The notes below the pieces were generated by a model. The model did not search any database. It saw nothing but the letters and a program-made list of their open reading frames with translations, and was not told the DNA's origin. From Candidatus Odinarchaeia archaeon (GTDB lineage Archaea > Asgardarchaeota > Odinarchaeia > Odinarchaeales > Odinarchaeaceae), in contig JAHQXC010000016.1 of assembly GCA_029856525.1 (NCBI GenBank), forward strand, positions 1 to 21,238: a stretch of 21,238 nt of DNA. The letters are read 5' to 3'. Positions within the stretch are counted from its first letter, which is position 1, and every line of letters begins with the position of its first letter. A program made the translations under genes and the position numbers. Of the stretch, positions 1 through 8,759 are shown one piece after another.

Positions 1-678
1 GCCGGTAAAAAGTTTCAGGATCCTTTAAGAGAGGGAGCTGATTCAATGACATTCAGCTCGCATAAAACTCTCCCCGGACCGCAGCACGGCGTGGTTTTAT
101 CATGGAATAAATACGCTGAATATATTAAGAAAGCAGTTTTCCCAGGCGCTACCAGCAACCATCACCTTCACAATGTCGCAGCGCTCGGTGTAGCTTTAGC
201 GGAGATGTTAAAATTCGGAGAAGAGTACGCTGCTCAAATAATTAAAAACGCTAAGCAACTAGCCGCCTCACTTTACGATCTAGGCTTCAAAGTCGTCGCC
301 GAGCATAAAGGCTTCACTGAATCACACACTATACTAGTAGATATATCTAATCTAGGGGATGGAATGCAAGTGGAGCAGTTGCTTGAGAGAGCTAACATTA
401 TAGTTAATAGGAATCTGCTTCCATGGGATATTAGAAACGGCCGGGATTATATGAGGCCTGGTGGAATAAGACTCGGTGTAAGCGAGGTAACCAGACTTGG
501 TATGAGAGAGTCTGAGATGAAAGCGATAGCTGAGCTTATTAAAAAAGTAGTTATAGATAGAAAACCACCTGAGAAAGTAGCTCAAGAAGTCTCGGAATTG
601 AGAAGAGACTTTCAAAAACTTCATTACTGCTTCGACTCCGGTAGAAGCGCATACGAATATATTCAACTGAGAAAGTAA
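1..678 (+). CDS. glyA: Serine hydroxymethyltransferase, C-terminal part (5'-truncated by window edge)
   Basis: Frame is open from base 1 (AGKKFQDPLREGADS-MTF...). PLP-lysine motif SSHKTLPGPQHG, plus PGATSNHH, NRNLLP and GIRLG motifs typical of SHMT. Confidence 0.93.
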   Translation, partial: AGKKFQDPLREGADSMTFSSHKTLPGPQHGVVLSWNKYAEYIKKAVFPGATSNHHLHNVAALGVALAEMLKFGEEYAAQIIKNAKQLAASLYDLGFKVVAEHKGFTESHTILVDISNLGDGMQVEQLLERANIIVNRNLLPWDIRNGRDYMRPGGIRLGVSEVTRLGMRESEMKAIAELIKKVVIDRKPPEKVAQEVSELRRDFQKLHYCFDSGRSAYEYIQLRK

Positions 679-816
679 AGGAGCATAGATATATTTAATA
701 GCATATTTAAACATTATAATTAGAGGGTATCCGAATGATTGTTGAATTTTAGGATACTCCTCTATTAAATAGGGTACCTGTAGCCTACGTTTCCTGTGAG
801 ATCGCCTATTCTAAAT

Positions 817-1680
817 ATGGAAGGGATTAACTTGATAGCTAAGGATATTATGACCGTGGATTTCAAATACGCTGAAGTACCTGGAACAAGACAGGAGGTT
901 CTAGAATTATTCAAAAAATACGGTGTTTCCGGTCTCCCTGTTCTTAAAAAAGGTACTAGAAAGGTTCTCGGAATAGTTACAAGAAACGATATGATGCTTA
1001 AACCCTCTGAAACCCAGCTCGCCTTAATAATGTCTAGGAACCCTGTGACAGTCCCTGAAACAGCTACAATTCAAGAGATAGCGAGAATAATGCTTGAGAA
1101 GAATATCTCATATCTACCGGTTGTTGAAGGCGAAGAGATGAAGGGTCTTGTAACTATAGCTGACGTGGTGTGGAAGGGGTTAACTCATCTCGAGATAACA
1201 GAGAGCATAAAACCTTATGTTCTAAGAAATATCACAGCTGTATGGGAGCAGACGCCTATCAACGTAGCTTATATAATACTCAGGTTAGCTAGAACCAGCT
1301 CGCTGCTAGTTTTAGATAATACAGGTCAACTGGCGGGGATTATAACAGACAGTGACATAGTCTCGAAGAGCGAGGTTAAAGTTGAGGCTAGCACTTCAAA
1401 CCTGCACTCTACAGGCGAGGGAGCGGACTGGGATTGGGAGTCAGCTAGCATCCTCTATATAACGAGGAGGATTCTACACTTACCGGACACACCTATCTCA
1501 GAGATTATGGTTAGAAACGTTATCACCGTTAACGAGTACACGTCGATCTCAGACTGCGCTAATAAAATGAAAGAGAATGACATAGATCAAATGCCTGTGT
1601 TAAACGCTGAAGGCGAGCTCACCGGTTTAATAAGAGATGTTGACCTATTAAGATGCCTGTTAACTAGAAAAACTGGCTGA
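817..1680 (+). CDS. CBS-domain protein (tandem CBS pairs)
   Basis: Repeated CBS motifs (AKDIMT..SGLPV..GIVTRND; IMSRNPVTV..SYLPVV..GLVTIAD; EIMVRNVITV..DQMPV..GLIRDVD). ATG 817 preferred; GTG 796 is the alternative start. Confidence 0.88.
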   Translation: MEGINLIAKDIMTVDFKYAEVPGTRQEVLELFKKYGVSGLPVLKKGTRKVLGIVTRNDMMLKPSETQLALIMSRNPVTVPETATIQEIARIMLEKNISYLPVVEGEEMKGLVTIADVVWKGLTHLEITESIKPYVLRNITAVWEQTPINVAYIILRLARTSSLLVLDNTGQLAGIITDSDIVSKSEVKVEASTSNLHSTGEGADWDWESASILYITRRILHLPDTPISEIMVRNVITVNEYTSISDCANKMKENDIDQMPVLNAEGELTGLIRDVDLLRCLLTRKTG

Positions 1681-4600
1681 GCTGCGACTGCTTAACTTTA
1701 TCGCTCTCGAAAAGTGATTTAATATTCATTTTAACTATTTCAAGCCTTTCAGCTAAGTATTCAGGGAGCTTATATTTTTCAATTATTCTCTCAGCCACTT
1801 CAACGTATTTTTCAATTCCACCTTTATAAACAGTTGGGAGAATCTTCCCCCCGCATCCTGGATTATAACATACACCGTTTAACGGGATACGCCGATATTT
1901 CCTATTACAACGCTGGCATCTAAACTGTTGTTTAGTGAACGCTCCGAGGTTACCTATAATATCAGGGAGGAAATGTGAGAGTAAAACTCTTAAAGCAACA
2001 TCTGAAACGTTAACAGCGCGTATTCTCTCAGCCATACCGAGCTGGGCTTCAACTTTTTCAAACATTGTCCCCAGCTTTTTATAAGCTGTCTCGGATGGTC
2101 CAATATTAATATTAGAAGTGTTATGGGTGAACTTGAAACCTTCGAAGACATCTTCTTTTCCAAGGCGATGTTCAACTATAGGTATCGTTTTCACAATCTT
2201 CTTAGGGTCGGTTAACTTTAAAGTCTCCTCGTAGAATTCCAGCGGGTAACCTGCTCCTATATCCATGTTCCAAACTTCATCATCTACTTCATAAGGGTTA
2301 AGCCTTGTTGTTAAAACTAGAGGCGCATCCATCATCCCCCCTCTTTTACCTGGTAGAAAGCTTTTACTGAAGTTTAGGAGAGCGTCTAACCCTAAAATAA
2401 TAGAATCCTCATCTGAATCACAGTTTCTTCTCTTAGCCGCATGCCAGAAGGGATGAGCGTATCCTGTACTCGTTTTAGTTACCCCTATTATCCTCCCTAG
2501 AATACCGGCTGAAGTATGCGGTGCTAATCCTATGATTAAATGTCCTATAAGATCAGCGGAGTCTTTAATATTATAGTATGGTTTTAAACCGTAATTTTTC
2601 TCCAGCAGTTCATCTATAAACCTCGCTGTTTTAATAAGGCATTCAGCAGCGGCTTCAGGTATAACTACGTCCTGAACTTTTAACTCGAGGATTTGATCCT
2701 CGTTTACAAGAGGTTTCCCTTCATAATCGTGAGTGTAACCTAACTCTATCAACTTTGACACCGGGGTTTTAACCTCAGACGGCTTGAAATGTGTTAGAGG
2801 AGTGTTAGTTGCATCGAATCTTATAGTCCCATCCTTGTATACGCTGAGACCGTGTTTAGCTCTTAAAATCCCTTTCTCTAACTGTTCAGGTATTTTTAAA
2901 TCGCTCGTCATCCCTACTACGCATTTAACATCCACGTTACCGTTAACTTCAAGCTTTGAGACCGCGCTCTGATATATTGAGCGGATATCCAGTTTTCTTT
3001 TCTCGTAGGGCTTCATCTCCTTCTTACAGTTCGGGCAGATGTTTTTACTCGAGGAAGTACCGCAGCTGGAGCAAACATTTACAATCACAGTTTTACAACC
3101 GCAGTTTTCACATATCATTCTCAGAGTTCTTCTACCGCATTTAGGGCATTGAAGATTGGCGACCTCTACTTCAATAAACCCGTTTTCACAAGCTTTTAAA
3201 ACGCTTCTCTTACTTCCACCTTCTAACCCTATTGGAAACAATGAGTTGACAGGGGGGGCCATAGCGCGCATTTTAGCTTTTTCAGGCCGCCCCATTCGAG
3301 CGCCTATATAGTGAGGGGCCTTAGCCATAATCTTAATTTTTGATATCATATTTACAGCTTCAAGACCGTTACATGCTTTTTCCTCAACGTCTTTAAGATT
3401 TAAATTATTCGAATCTAATACTCCTAGAGATTCTAGAAGCGGTAGCGTATGCTCTTCGATAATTATTTTACCGTCTTCAAATCTATGAGGTAGACATATC
3501 CGCTCTAAGATCTCTTTAACAGCAGGGTTAACACTCAGCCTTGCTATGTTTTTAAAAGAGTTGTATGCTTCAATTAAGGCTTCACGTAGTTTTAAAACAG
3601 CTTCAACCTCGATATCATGCCAGTGATATGTGTAATCTGGGTGTAACGGTATTCTAAGATTTTTACTTAAGGCGACAGCTTCTATAGGCGTCGGTTTAGC
3701 TGTGAACGGGCTGCTCGCTAGCTCGATGAGGCGGTTCACGGTTAACCCGACTCTCTTAGCAGCTTCATTATAATCTCCTGCGAAGTTTACTTCAACACTC
3801 TTTTTTAAGTCTTGAACCCACCACTCCGGCACATATCCTGATTTAATTAAAGGATGATTGTTTTCTAAGAATTCACCGTAACCGACTAGAAGATCACCTA
3901 GGAAAAGAATTTTTTTAACATTTTTAGCGTGTTTTAAAGCGTCCTCAACTGTGTTAACACGGATCACCGAGCCGTCTTTTAATAAAACTATAGGCCCGTC
4001 TATGGTATCCACGGGGAGAACCACCGCTCCTTTACCAGGCCGCTCCATTCTTATATGTGTTCCAGGGGCGAGGAAGCCGTCTAAGATATACATTGTAGCA
4101 GGGTTCACGCCGACAGCAGCAAACCCGGTGTTACGTGACCTCCCGTATCTTAGTCTAAAGCCGCCTACCGCAGACGGATGCGCGAACACAGGGCGGCCGG
4201 CGATCACATCTGAAATATACTTGCTACTAGGCTGGATTTCACATGTAGCGGTCTCTGTTTTACTCTCAGACGCCGCTGTTTTTTTAATATTTTTAAGCCA
4301 ATCCCATCCCTCTATTCCAATGCTTTGAACTATTTTAGCTAGTTTAGGCGCCTTAGAGAGAACTCCATCGTTTAAAACGAGAACCGCGCCCCCTCTAACC
4401 CGGTTTGTTTCAATTCTAGGCAGATCCCTGTAACCTGTGACCTCCTCTTTCTCAGTCGGCTCACCTGTAATTTCAACCGGTATATTTCTAAGAGCCTCCC
4501 TCCTCTCTTCAGTTGTGCTAGGATATTGGAGATTCATTATCTTATCATATAAGTCGATCTCTTCAACGAATCTCTCAATCTCCTCTTCTGTAGGTTTATA

Positions 4601-5113
4601 ACGGTCTAAGCCGAGTATTTTACGAACGAAATCCCCTACTACAACGGTTTGAGCCGCTTCAGTTCCACCGGCTGCTCTAATAGGTCCAGCGAAATAAATC
4701 GCTAGATACCTTGACCCGTCGAAATTATTTTTTATTTTCACGTCGGCTATACCCTCTATCGGCCCCGCTGTTATCCCCTCTGTTAGTATAGCTAGAGCCG
4801 CGCGTATAGCTAGTTCAGCAGCCTCTTCTTCTTCGAAAACCCCGAGTTTCCCGGTTGCGATCTCCTCAGCTATTTTAAAAGCAACCTGCTCTCTGCTCAT
4901 GGTATTCGATAAAACTCTTATACGCTCAGCTACACCTTTAGGTCCGATAAGCCCTTCAACTCTAGCGGCGACATCTTTAGCAGGGGTTATCTCAGGTTCC
5001 AGAGCGGGATCGAATCCTAGGCTTCTAGCTTGACGGGCGATTTCATATATTTTAGCGAACTCTTCTTCAAGTTTTTCAAAATATCTTCTAGTAGACTCGT
5101 TTAACTGATGCAC
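1664..5113 (-). CDS. polC: DNA polymerase II (PolD) large subunit DP2, no intein
   Basis: 1149 aa with DP2 motifs YFAGPIRAAGGT, GFRLRYGRSRNTG, ILFLGDLLVGYGEFLENNH, IGARMGRPEKA, CxxC zinc modules, KDGTIRFDATNTPLTHF, HAAKRRNCD(S)DED, GGMMDAPLVL. GTG start with GAGGT upstream. Confidence 0.97.
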   Translation of the reverse strand: MHQLNESTRRYFEKLEEEFAKIYEIARQARSLGFDPALEPEITPAKDVAARVEGLIGPKGVAERIRVLSNTMSREQVAFKIAEEIATGKLGVFEEEEAAELAIRAALAILTEGITAGPIEGIADVKIKNNFDGSRYLAIYFAGPIRAAGGTEAAQTVVVGDFVRKILGLDRYKPTEEEIERFVEEIDLYDKIMNLQYPSTTEERREALRNIPVEITGEPTEKEEVTGYRDLPRIETNRVRGGAVLVLNDGVLSKAPKLAKIVQSIGIEGWDWLKNIKKTAASESKTETATCEIQPSSKYISDVIAGRPVFAHPSAVGGFRLRYGRSRNTGFAAVGVNPATMYILDGFLAPGTHIRMERPGKGAVVLPVDTIDGPIVLLKDGSVIRVNTVEDALKHAKNVKKILFLGDLLVGYGEFLENNHPLIKSGYVPEWWVQDLKKSVEVNFAGDYNEAAKRVGLTVNRLIELASSPFTAKPTPIEAVALSKNLRIPLHPDYTYHWHDIEVEAVLKLREALIEAYNSFKNIARLSVNPAVKEILERICLPHRFEDGKIIIEEHTLPLLESLGVLDSNNLNLKDVEEKACNGLEAVNMISKIKIMAKAPHYIGARMGRPEKAKMRAMAPPVNSLFPIGLEGGSKRSVLKACENGFIEVEVANLQCPKCGRRTLRMICENCGCKTVIVNVCSSCGTSSSKNICPNCKKEMKPYEKRKLDIRSIYQSAVSKLEVNGNVDVKCVVGMTSDLKIPEQLEKGILRAKHGLSVYKDGTIRFDATNTPLTHFKPSEVKTPVSKLIELGYTHDYEGKPLVNEDQILELKVQDVVIPEAAAECLIKTARFIDELLEKNYGLKPYYNIKDSADLIGHLIIGLAPHTSAGILGRIIGVTKTSTGYAHPFWHAAKRRNCDSDEDSIILGLDALLNFSKSFLPGKRGGMMDAPLVLTTRLNPYEVDDEVWNMDIGAGYPLEFYEETLKLTDPKKIVKTIPIVEHRLGKEDVFEGFKFTHNTSNINIGPSETAYKKLGTMFEKVEAQLGMAERIRAVNVSDVALRVLLSHFLPDIIGNLGAFTKQQFRCQRCNRKYRRIPLNGVCYNPGCGGKILPTVYKGGIEKYVEVAERIIEKYKLPEYLAERLEIVKMNIKSLFESDKVKQSQLSQFF

Positions 5114-5125
5114 TTCTTATACCTC

Positions 5126-5452
5126 TTACTCTTCAGCATATATTCTACATAATATTATGGTTTTCCATGGAGGCTGGCTTCCTGTTCTCTTCTTGTAATC
5201 TTCAGCTGCCACAAGCTTTCTCTTCTCAATGCATTCATCGCATATTCTATGTCGCGGATCTGAGGGCCCGTCGCAGCTGCAACAGTGAAGTATTAAAACT
5301 TCTCCTAAACTGCCTATAGTAGACCAGAAGTACTCGTCTTCATTATACTCTGGTGTAAAATTAGGCCATTTTTCGAAACCCGTCTGCTTATCAAGGGAGT
5401 CTCTTAACTTCTCGAAGAACTTCTCAAACCCTGTCGTATAATATACCTCCAG
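5126..5452 (-). CDS. Small Cys-rich hypothetical protein (108 aa, CxxC-x10-CxxC), not in ORF track; non-canonical CTG start
   Basis: Stop-free frame: (L/M)EVYYTTGFEKFFEKLRDSLDKQTGFEKWPNFTPEYNEDEYFWSTIGSLGEVLILHCCSCDGPSDPRHRICDECIEKRKLVAAEDYKKRTGSQPPWKTIILCRIYAEE*. AGGAGG lies 5 nt before CTG. It fills the gap between the GT2 gene and polC and ends 12 nt before the polC start. Confidence 0.72.
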   Translation of the reverse strand: MEVYYTTGFEKFFEKLRDSLDKQTGFEKWPNFTPEYNEDEYFWSTIGSLGEVLILHCCSCDGPSDPRHRICDECIEKRKLVAAEDYKKRTGSQPPWKTIILCRIYAEE

Positions 5453-6144
5453 TTCTTCCTCCTATCTCTAAATAGCGATTTAACTCTTTTAATAAATACG
5501 GTTCTCAACCATCTGAAAGTATCTAGCAGCGGATTAATCTTAGACTTCTCCTCTCCGTATTTAATAGATATAGGCGCCTCCTTGATAATAAAACCCTTCT
5601 GTCTGGCGTCTATAAGTATCTCTGTTTCAGCTGCGAACCTCCTATCCTTTGTTTCAAGAACTTTTAGAACAGGGGCTCTAAAAGCTCTGAACCCTGATTG
5701 ACTGTCCGTTACAGGTACTCTGAAAAAAAACTTTAAGATAGCTGATGTAATCATATTGCTGAGTATTCTCTGAGCCGGCATCGCTTGAATATTCTCTCTT
5801 GTTAAAAATCTTGATCCAACCACGATATCAGCGCCTGTTTTATTCAAATATGATATAAGTCTTTTTATCTCAACCGGTTTATGCTGGTAGTCTCCGTCTA
5901 AGGTTACAACGATATCCGCGCCTTTCTTCAACGCGACTTTAAAACCTGTTTTCAACGCCTCCCCTTTACCCATATTCACCTTATGTTTAACCAGTATCGC
6001 ATTAGTTTCTTTAACTATCTCAGCTGTTTCATCTATGCTGCCATCGTCTACGACGATCACTTTATCCACGTATCTACCGGTCTCCTCGACAACTCTTTTA
6101 ATAAATGCAGCTTCATTATAAGCGGGTATAACAGCTATAATCAT
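5404..6144 (-). CDS. Glycosyltransferase family 2 (dolichol-phosphate hexose synthase-like)
   Basis: IAVIPAYNE, VVDDGSID, NMGKGEAL, TLDGDYQH, VVGSRF, DSQSGFRAF motifs. ATG 6144 preferred over TTG 6159. Confidence 0.9.
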   Translation of the reverse strand: MIIAVIPAYNEAAFIKRVVEETGRYVDKVIVVDDGSIDETAEIVKETNAILVKHKVNMGKGEALKTGFKVALKKGADIVVTLDGDYQHKPVEIKRLISYLNKTGADIVVGSRFLTRENIQAMPAQRILSNMITSAILKFFFRVPVTDSQSGFRAFRAPVLKVLETKDRRFAAETEILIDARQKGFIIKEAPISIKYGEEKSKINPLLDTFRWLRTVFIKRVKSLFRDRRKNWRYIIRQGLRSSSRS

Positions 6145-6242
6145 TAAACCACCGGTCAAGGTATCCTAATAATAATTAGAATTTATATTTAACTGAAACA
6201 TTCTATTAACCGTTCAGCTTGTAAATAAATAATATGCTTTGA

Positions 6243-7538
6243 GTGGTCGCCTTGGCTTACGGTAAAATTTATATAGAAACATTCGGCTGTTCCTTAAACT
6301 TATCAGACACAGAGTTTTTAGCAGGTGAACTGCTGAAGAAAGGTTTCACGATTTCAAATTTCGAGGAAGCTGATATAATAATAGTTAACACGTGCGCTGT
6401 TAAAGAGCCAACTGAGCGTAAAGTGTTAAACTATCTTAGGAGAATAGATAAACTAGGTAAAGCTAAGATTATAGCCGGGTGTCTTCCTAAAATAAACTTG
6501 GATGCTGTTAAAAAAGCGATTCCATCTTTTAACCTGATAATAACCCCATCAGCTTATCCGCGTATAAGTGAAGTAATAGAGCTTGTTTCGAAAGGCGTTA
6601 AAGGATTAATAGTCGATGATAATATTCAACCACCCTTATTCAGAGGCTTCCAAGTTAAAAGAAAAATAGGGATTATTCCAATCGCATACGGTTGTTTAAG
6701 CGAGTGTTCTTATTGCTGTGTGAGACTCGCTCGAGGTAGGTTGAGAAGCTATTCTTTAAACCAGGTAATAGAATATGCTTCTAATCTCGTTAGCAAAGGC
6801 TGCGTGGAGCTTTGGCTAACAGCTCAGGATACAGCAGCCTACGGCTTCGATATTAACACTGATTTAAGCCAGTTGATAACCGCCGTTAACATGATACCGG
6901 GAGACTTTAAAGTTAGAGTGGGGATGATGAACCCTAAAAACGCTTATAGAATTCTCCCCTCTCTAGTAGAAGCTTTCAGCGGAGATAAAATATACAAGTT
7001 CATTCATATACCAGTCCAGTCAGGTGACAACGAGATACTTGAAAAAATGAATAGAGGGTATACAGTGGAGGTTTTCAAGGAGATAATAGACAAATTCAGA
7101 GAAAAACACTCGAATATAACGGTTTCAACAGATATAATAGTCGGCTTCCCGGGTGAAAGTGAGAGACAGTTTGAAAACTCTCTTAAACTCGTTGAGGTAG
7201 TTCAACCTGATATAGTTAATATTTCAAGATACGGGGATAGACCGGGAGCCTACTCTATTAATCTTCCAGGTAAACTCAAAGGCTCTATTATAAAAAAGCG
7301 GAGTAGAATTCTAACAGAGCTTGTTCACAGCGTCTCCTTGGAGAGAAACTCTAAATGGCTTAACTGGACTGGTGAGGTGACTGTCGTAGAGGAGGCGCCT
7401 AGAAACGGTTACATCGCTAGAAACTATGCTTATAAACCGATTTTTTTAAAAACATCGAGTGTTAAGATAGGTGAAAAACATCTTATCAGAGTAGTAGACT
7501 ATAAACCAGGTTACCTTATAGGTGAGATGCTCGAGTAA
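6243..7538 (+). CDS. mtaB: tRNA t6A37 methylthiotransferase (MiaB-like radical SAM, MtaB/e-MtaB type)
   Basis: UPF0004 domain (ETFGCSLN, VNTCAVK, IAGCLP), radical SAM CLSECSYC, IHIPVQSG, TDIIVGFPGE, C-terminal TRAM-like domain. The mtaB symbol rests on the family's known archaeal role. Confidence 0.85.
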   Translation: MVALAYGKIYIETFGCSLNLSDTEFLAGELLKKGFTISNFEEADIIIVNTCAVKEPTERKVLNYLRRIDKLGKAKIIAGCLPKINLDAVKKAIPSFNLIITPSAYPRISEVIELVSKGVKGLIVDDNIQPPLFRGFQVKRKIGIIPIAYGCLSECSYCCVRLARGRLRSYSLNQVIEYASNLVSKGCVELWLTAQDTAAYGFDINTDLSQLITAVNMIPGDFKVRVGMMNPKNAYRILPSLVEAFSGDKIYKFIHIPVQSGDNEILEKMNRGYTVEVFKEIIDKFREKHSNITVSTDIIVGFPGESERQFENSLKLVEVVQPDIVNISRYGDRPGAYSINLPGKLKGSIIKKRSRILTELVHSVSLERNSKWLNWTGEVTVVEEAPRNGYIARNYAYKPIFLKTSSVKIGEKHLIRVVDYKPGYLIGEMLE

Positions 7539-7544
7539 CCGCCT

Positions 7545-8632
7545 CTAGTATGTGACACTCCTCCACTCCACTCCAAGCTCATCAGCCAGTCTTCTCACTC
7601 TACTAACTTCTTCAATGTAAACGCGTCTAGATACATCAGAGTACCGGCTGTCGCTTATAGCAAGATAATAGGGCCTGTATTGAGCCATTATGTTAACAGG
7701 GGCTTTAGGCGTCTCCTTAGCTATCCACTCTAAGATAGGCTTCGAACAACACTCGTAATGGTTAGGTAATACTAGATGCCTGATGATGATAGATGAGAAG
7801 CCTTCAACTGAGTTAAGATAAGCTTTTTTAATATTCTCTGTAACTATTTTTAAATAATTATCAACGTTTGAAAGCCTTTTAGCGCATTCATCTGAACCGT
7901 ATTTAAAATCCGGCAGCCATAAATCAATCACATCTAGTAGAATACGCATCGTCTCAGTTGAATGATAGAAATTACTATTCCATATCTGAGCTATATTGAT
8001 ATCGCTTAAAATTAACGCTCCGAGTATAGTATACAAGTTAGGTGTAGGCTCACCTCCAACCCAGTTGATATTCCTCGCACCTGAACTGTATAAATCAGAT
8101 ATAATATAAGCTAGCTGGGTTTCACTTACAGGATACCCTGATCTAGGTTTAAAAGATATATCATAGTTCTGGCATTGCGTACACGCGTCTAAAGGCGCGT
8201 GTTATACGCGCATCTAAAAGTACACCCGCTGAAGAAAACAGTCCCGGATGGTATAAGCTGGCTTTCCTCCCCCATGTGTAGAAAATAAGATGAGACTCTA
8301 GCTGTTTTATTAACACCGCAAAACCCTGTGGCGCCGCTCAGCCTGTTAGCCTGGCATCTCCGCTCGCAGAGAATGCATTTCTCAAGTACCCGCTCGACTA
8401 TAATCTTTTTAACTTCAAGATAGTTTAACCCGTCGAAACCCTCCTTTTCGCTTTCACAGGGATTCAGCGCGGCTTTCTCATAGAATTCAGCGAATTTAGC
8501 AGCTAATCTCTCATGCACTCTCATCGCGTCATCGAATCCTATAGGCGTGGCGGTAGGCTCCCGGATTCTTTTACAGGTAAGATATTTAGCCGGCTTTATA
8601 TTTTTCACCACACTCTCGTAATGGGTGAACAT
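7545..8632 (-). CDS. PflX-like (COG1313-type) radical SAM protein, two exons: 8632..8204 and 8174..7545, predicted 352 aa after splicing
   Basis: Exon 1 has CILCERRC..RLSGATGFCG, HMGEESQL and GTVFFSGCTFRCAY. Exon 2 continues CQNYDIS..NINWVGGEPTP..WNSNFY..DFKYG..RHLVLPNH..NIMAQYRP. The two track ORFs (8189..8632 and 7545..8036) are halves of one gene. Confidence 0.88.
8175..8203 (-). other. 29-nt BHB-type mRNA intron
   Basis: RNA GC-GCGU-AU|A-ACACGCG-CCUUUAGA-CGCGUGU-ACGC-AA|U-GC: perfect 4-bp central helix, two 3-nt bulges, 7-bp intron stem. Removal gives TGC GCG TAT TGC CAG (CAYCQ). Confidence 0.88.
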
Positions 8633-8759
8633 TCACTTCTCTCCTTTTCATTCTAATAAGAAATAACGGTATCAGAGAATTAAATCTTATCTGACGGTTA
8701 ACGCTAATTATTTAAGTATCTTAGGCAATTTTTCATTAAATACTGAAAGGTAACCTGTT

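Noticed and set aside
352-714. 120-aa antisense ORF over glyA
   Set aside because: It shadows a well-conserved gene and has no recognisable motifs.
2398-2450. Intein in DP2 at the RRN/CD site
   Set aside because: The sequence is contiguous through the motif and the protein is normal length (1149 aa).
1990-4328. Short track ORFs within polC (1990..2175, 2784..2972, 2956..3144, 3951..4328)
   Set aside because: They are alternative-frame or antisense shadows of DP2 with no protein-like motifs.
7545-8632. Radical SAM gene as a frameshifted pseudogene, a stop-readthrough (Pyl/Sec) gene or a programmed frameshift
   Set aside because: Reading through the UAG at 8189 stays in the wrong frame and soon hits another stop. 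A simple frameshift would leave about 10 extra residues inside CxxxCxxC. Precise BHB excision restores the motif exactly, and both halves look intact.
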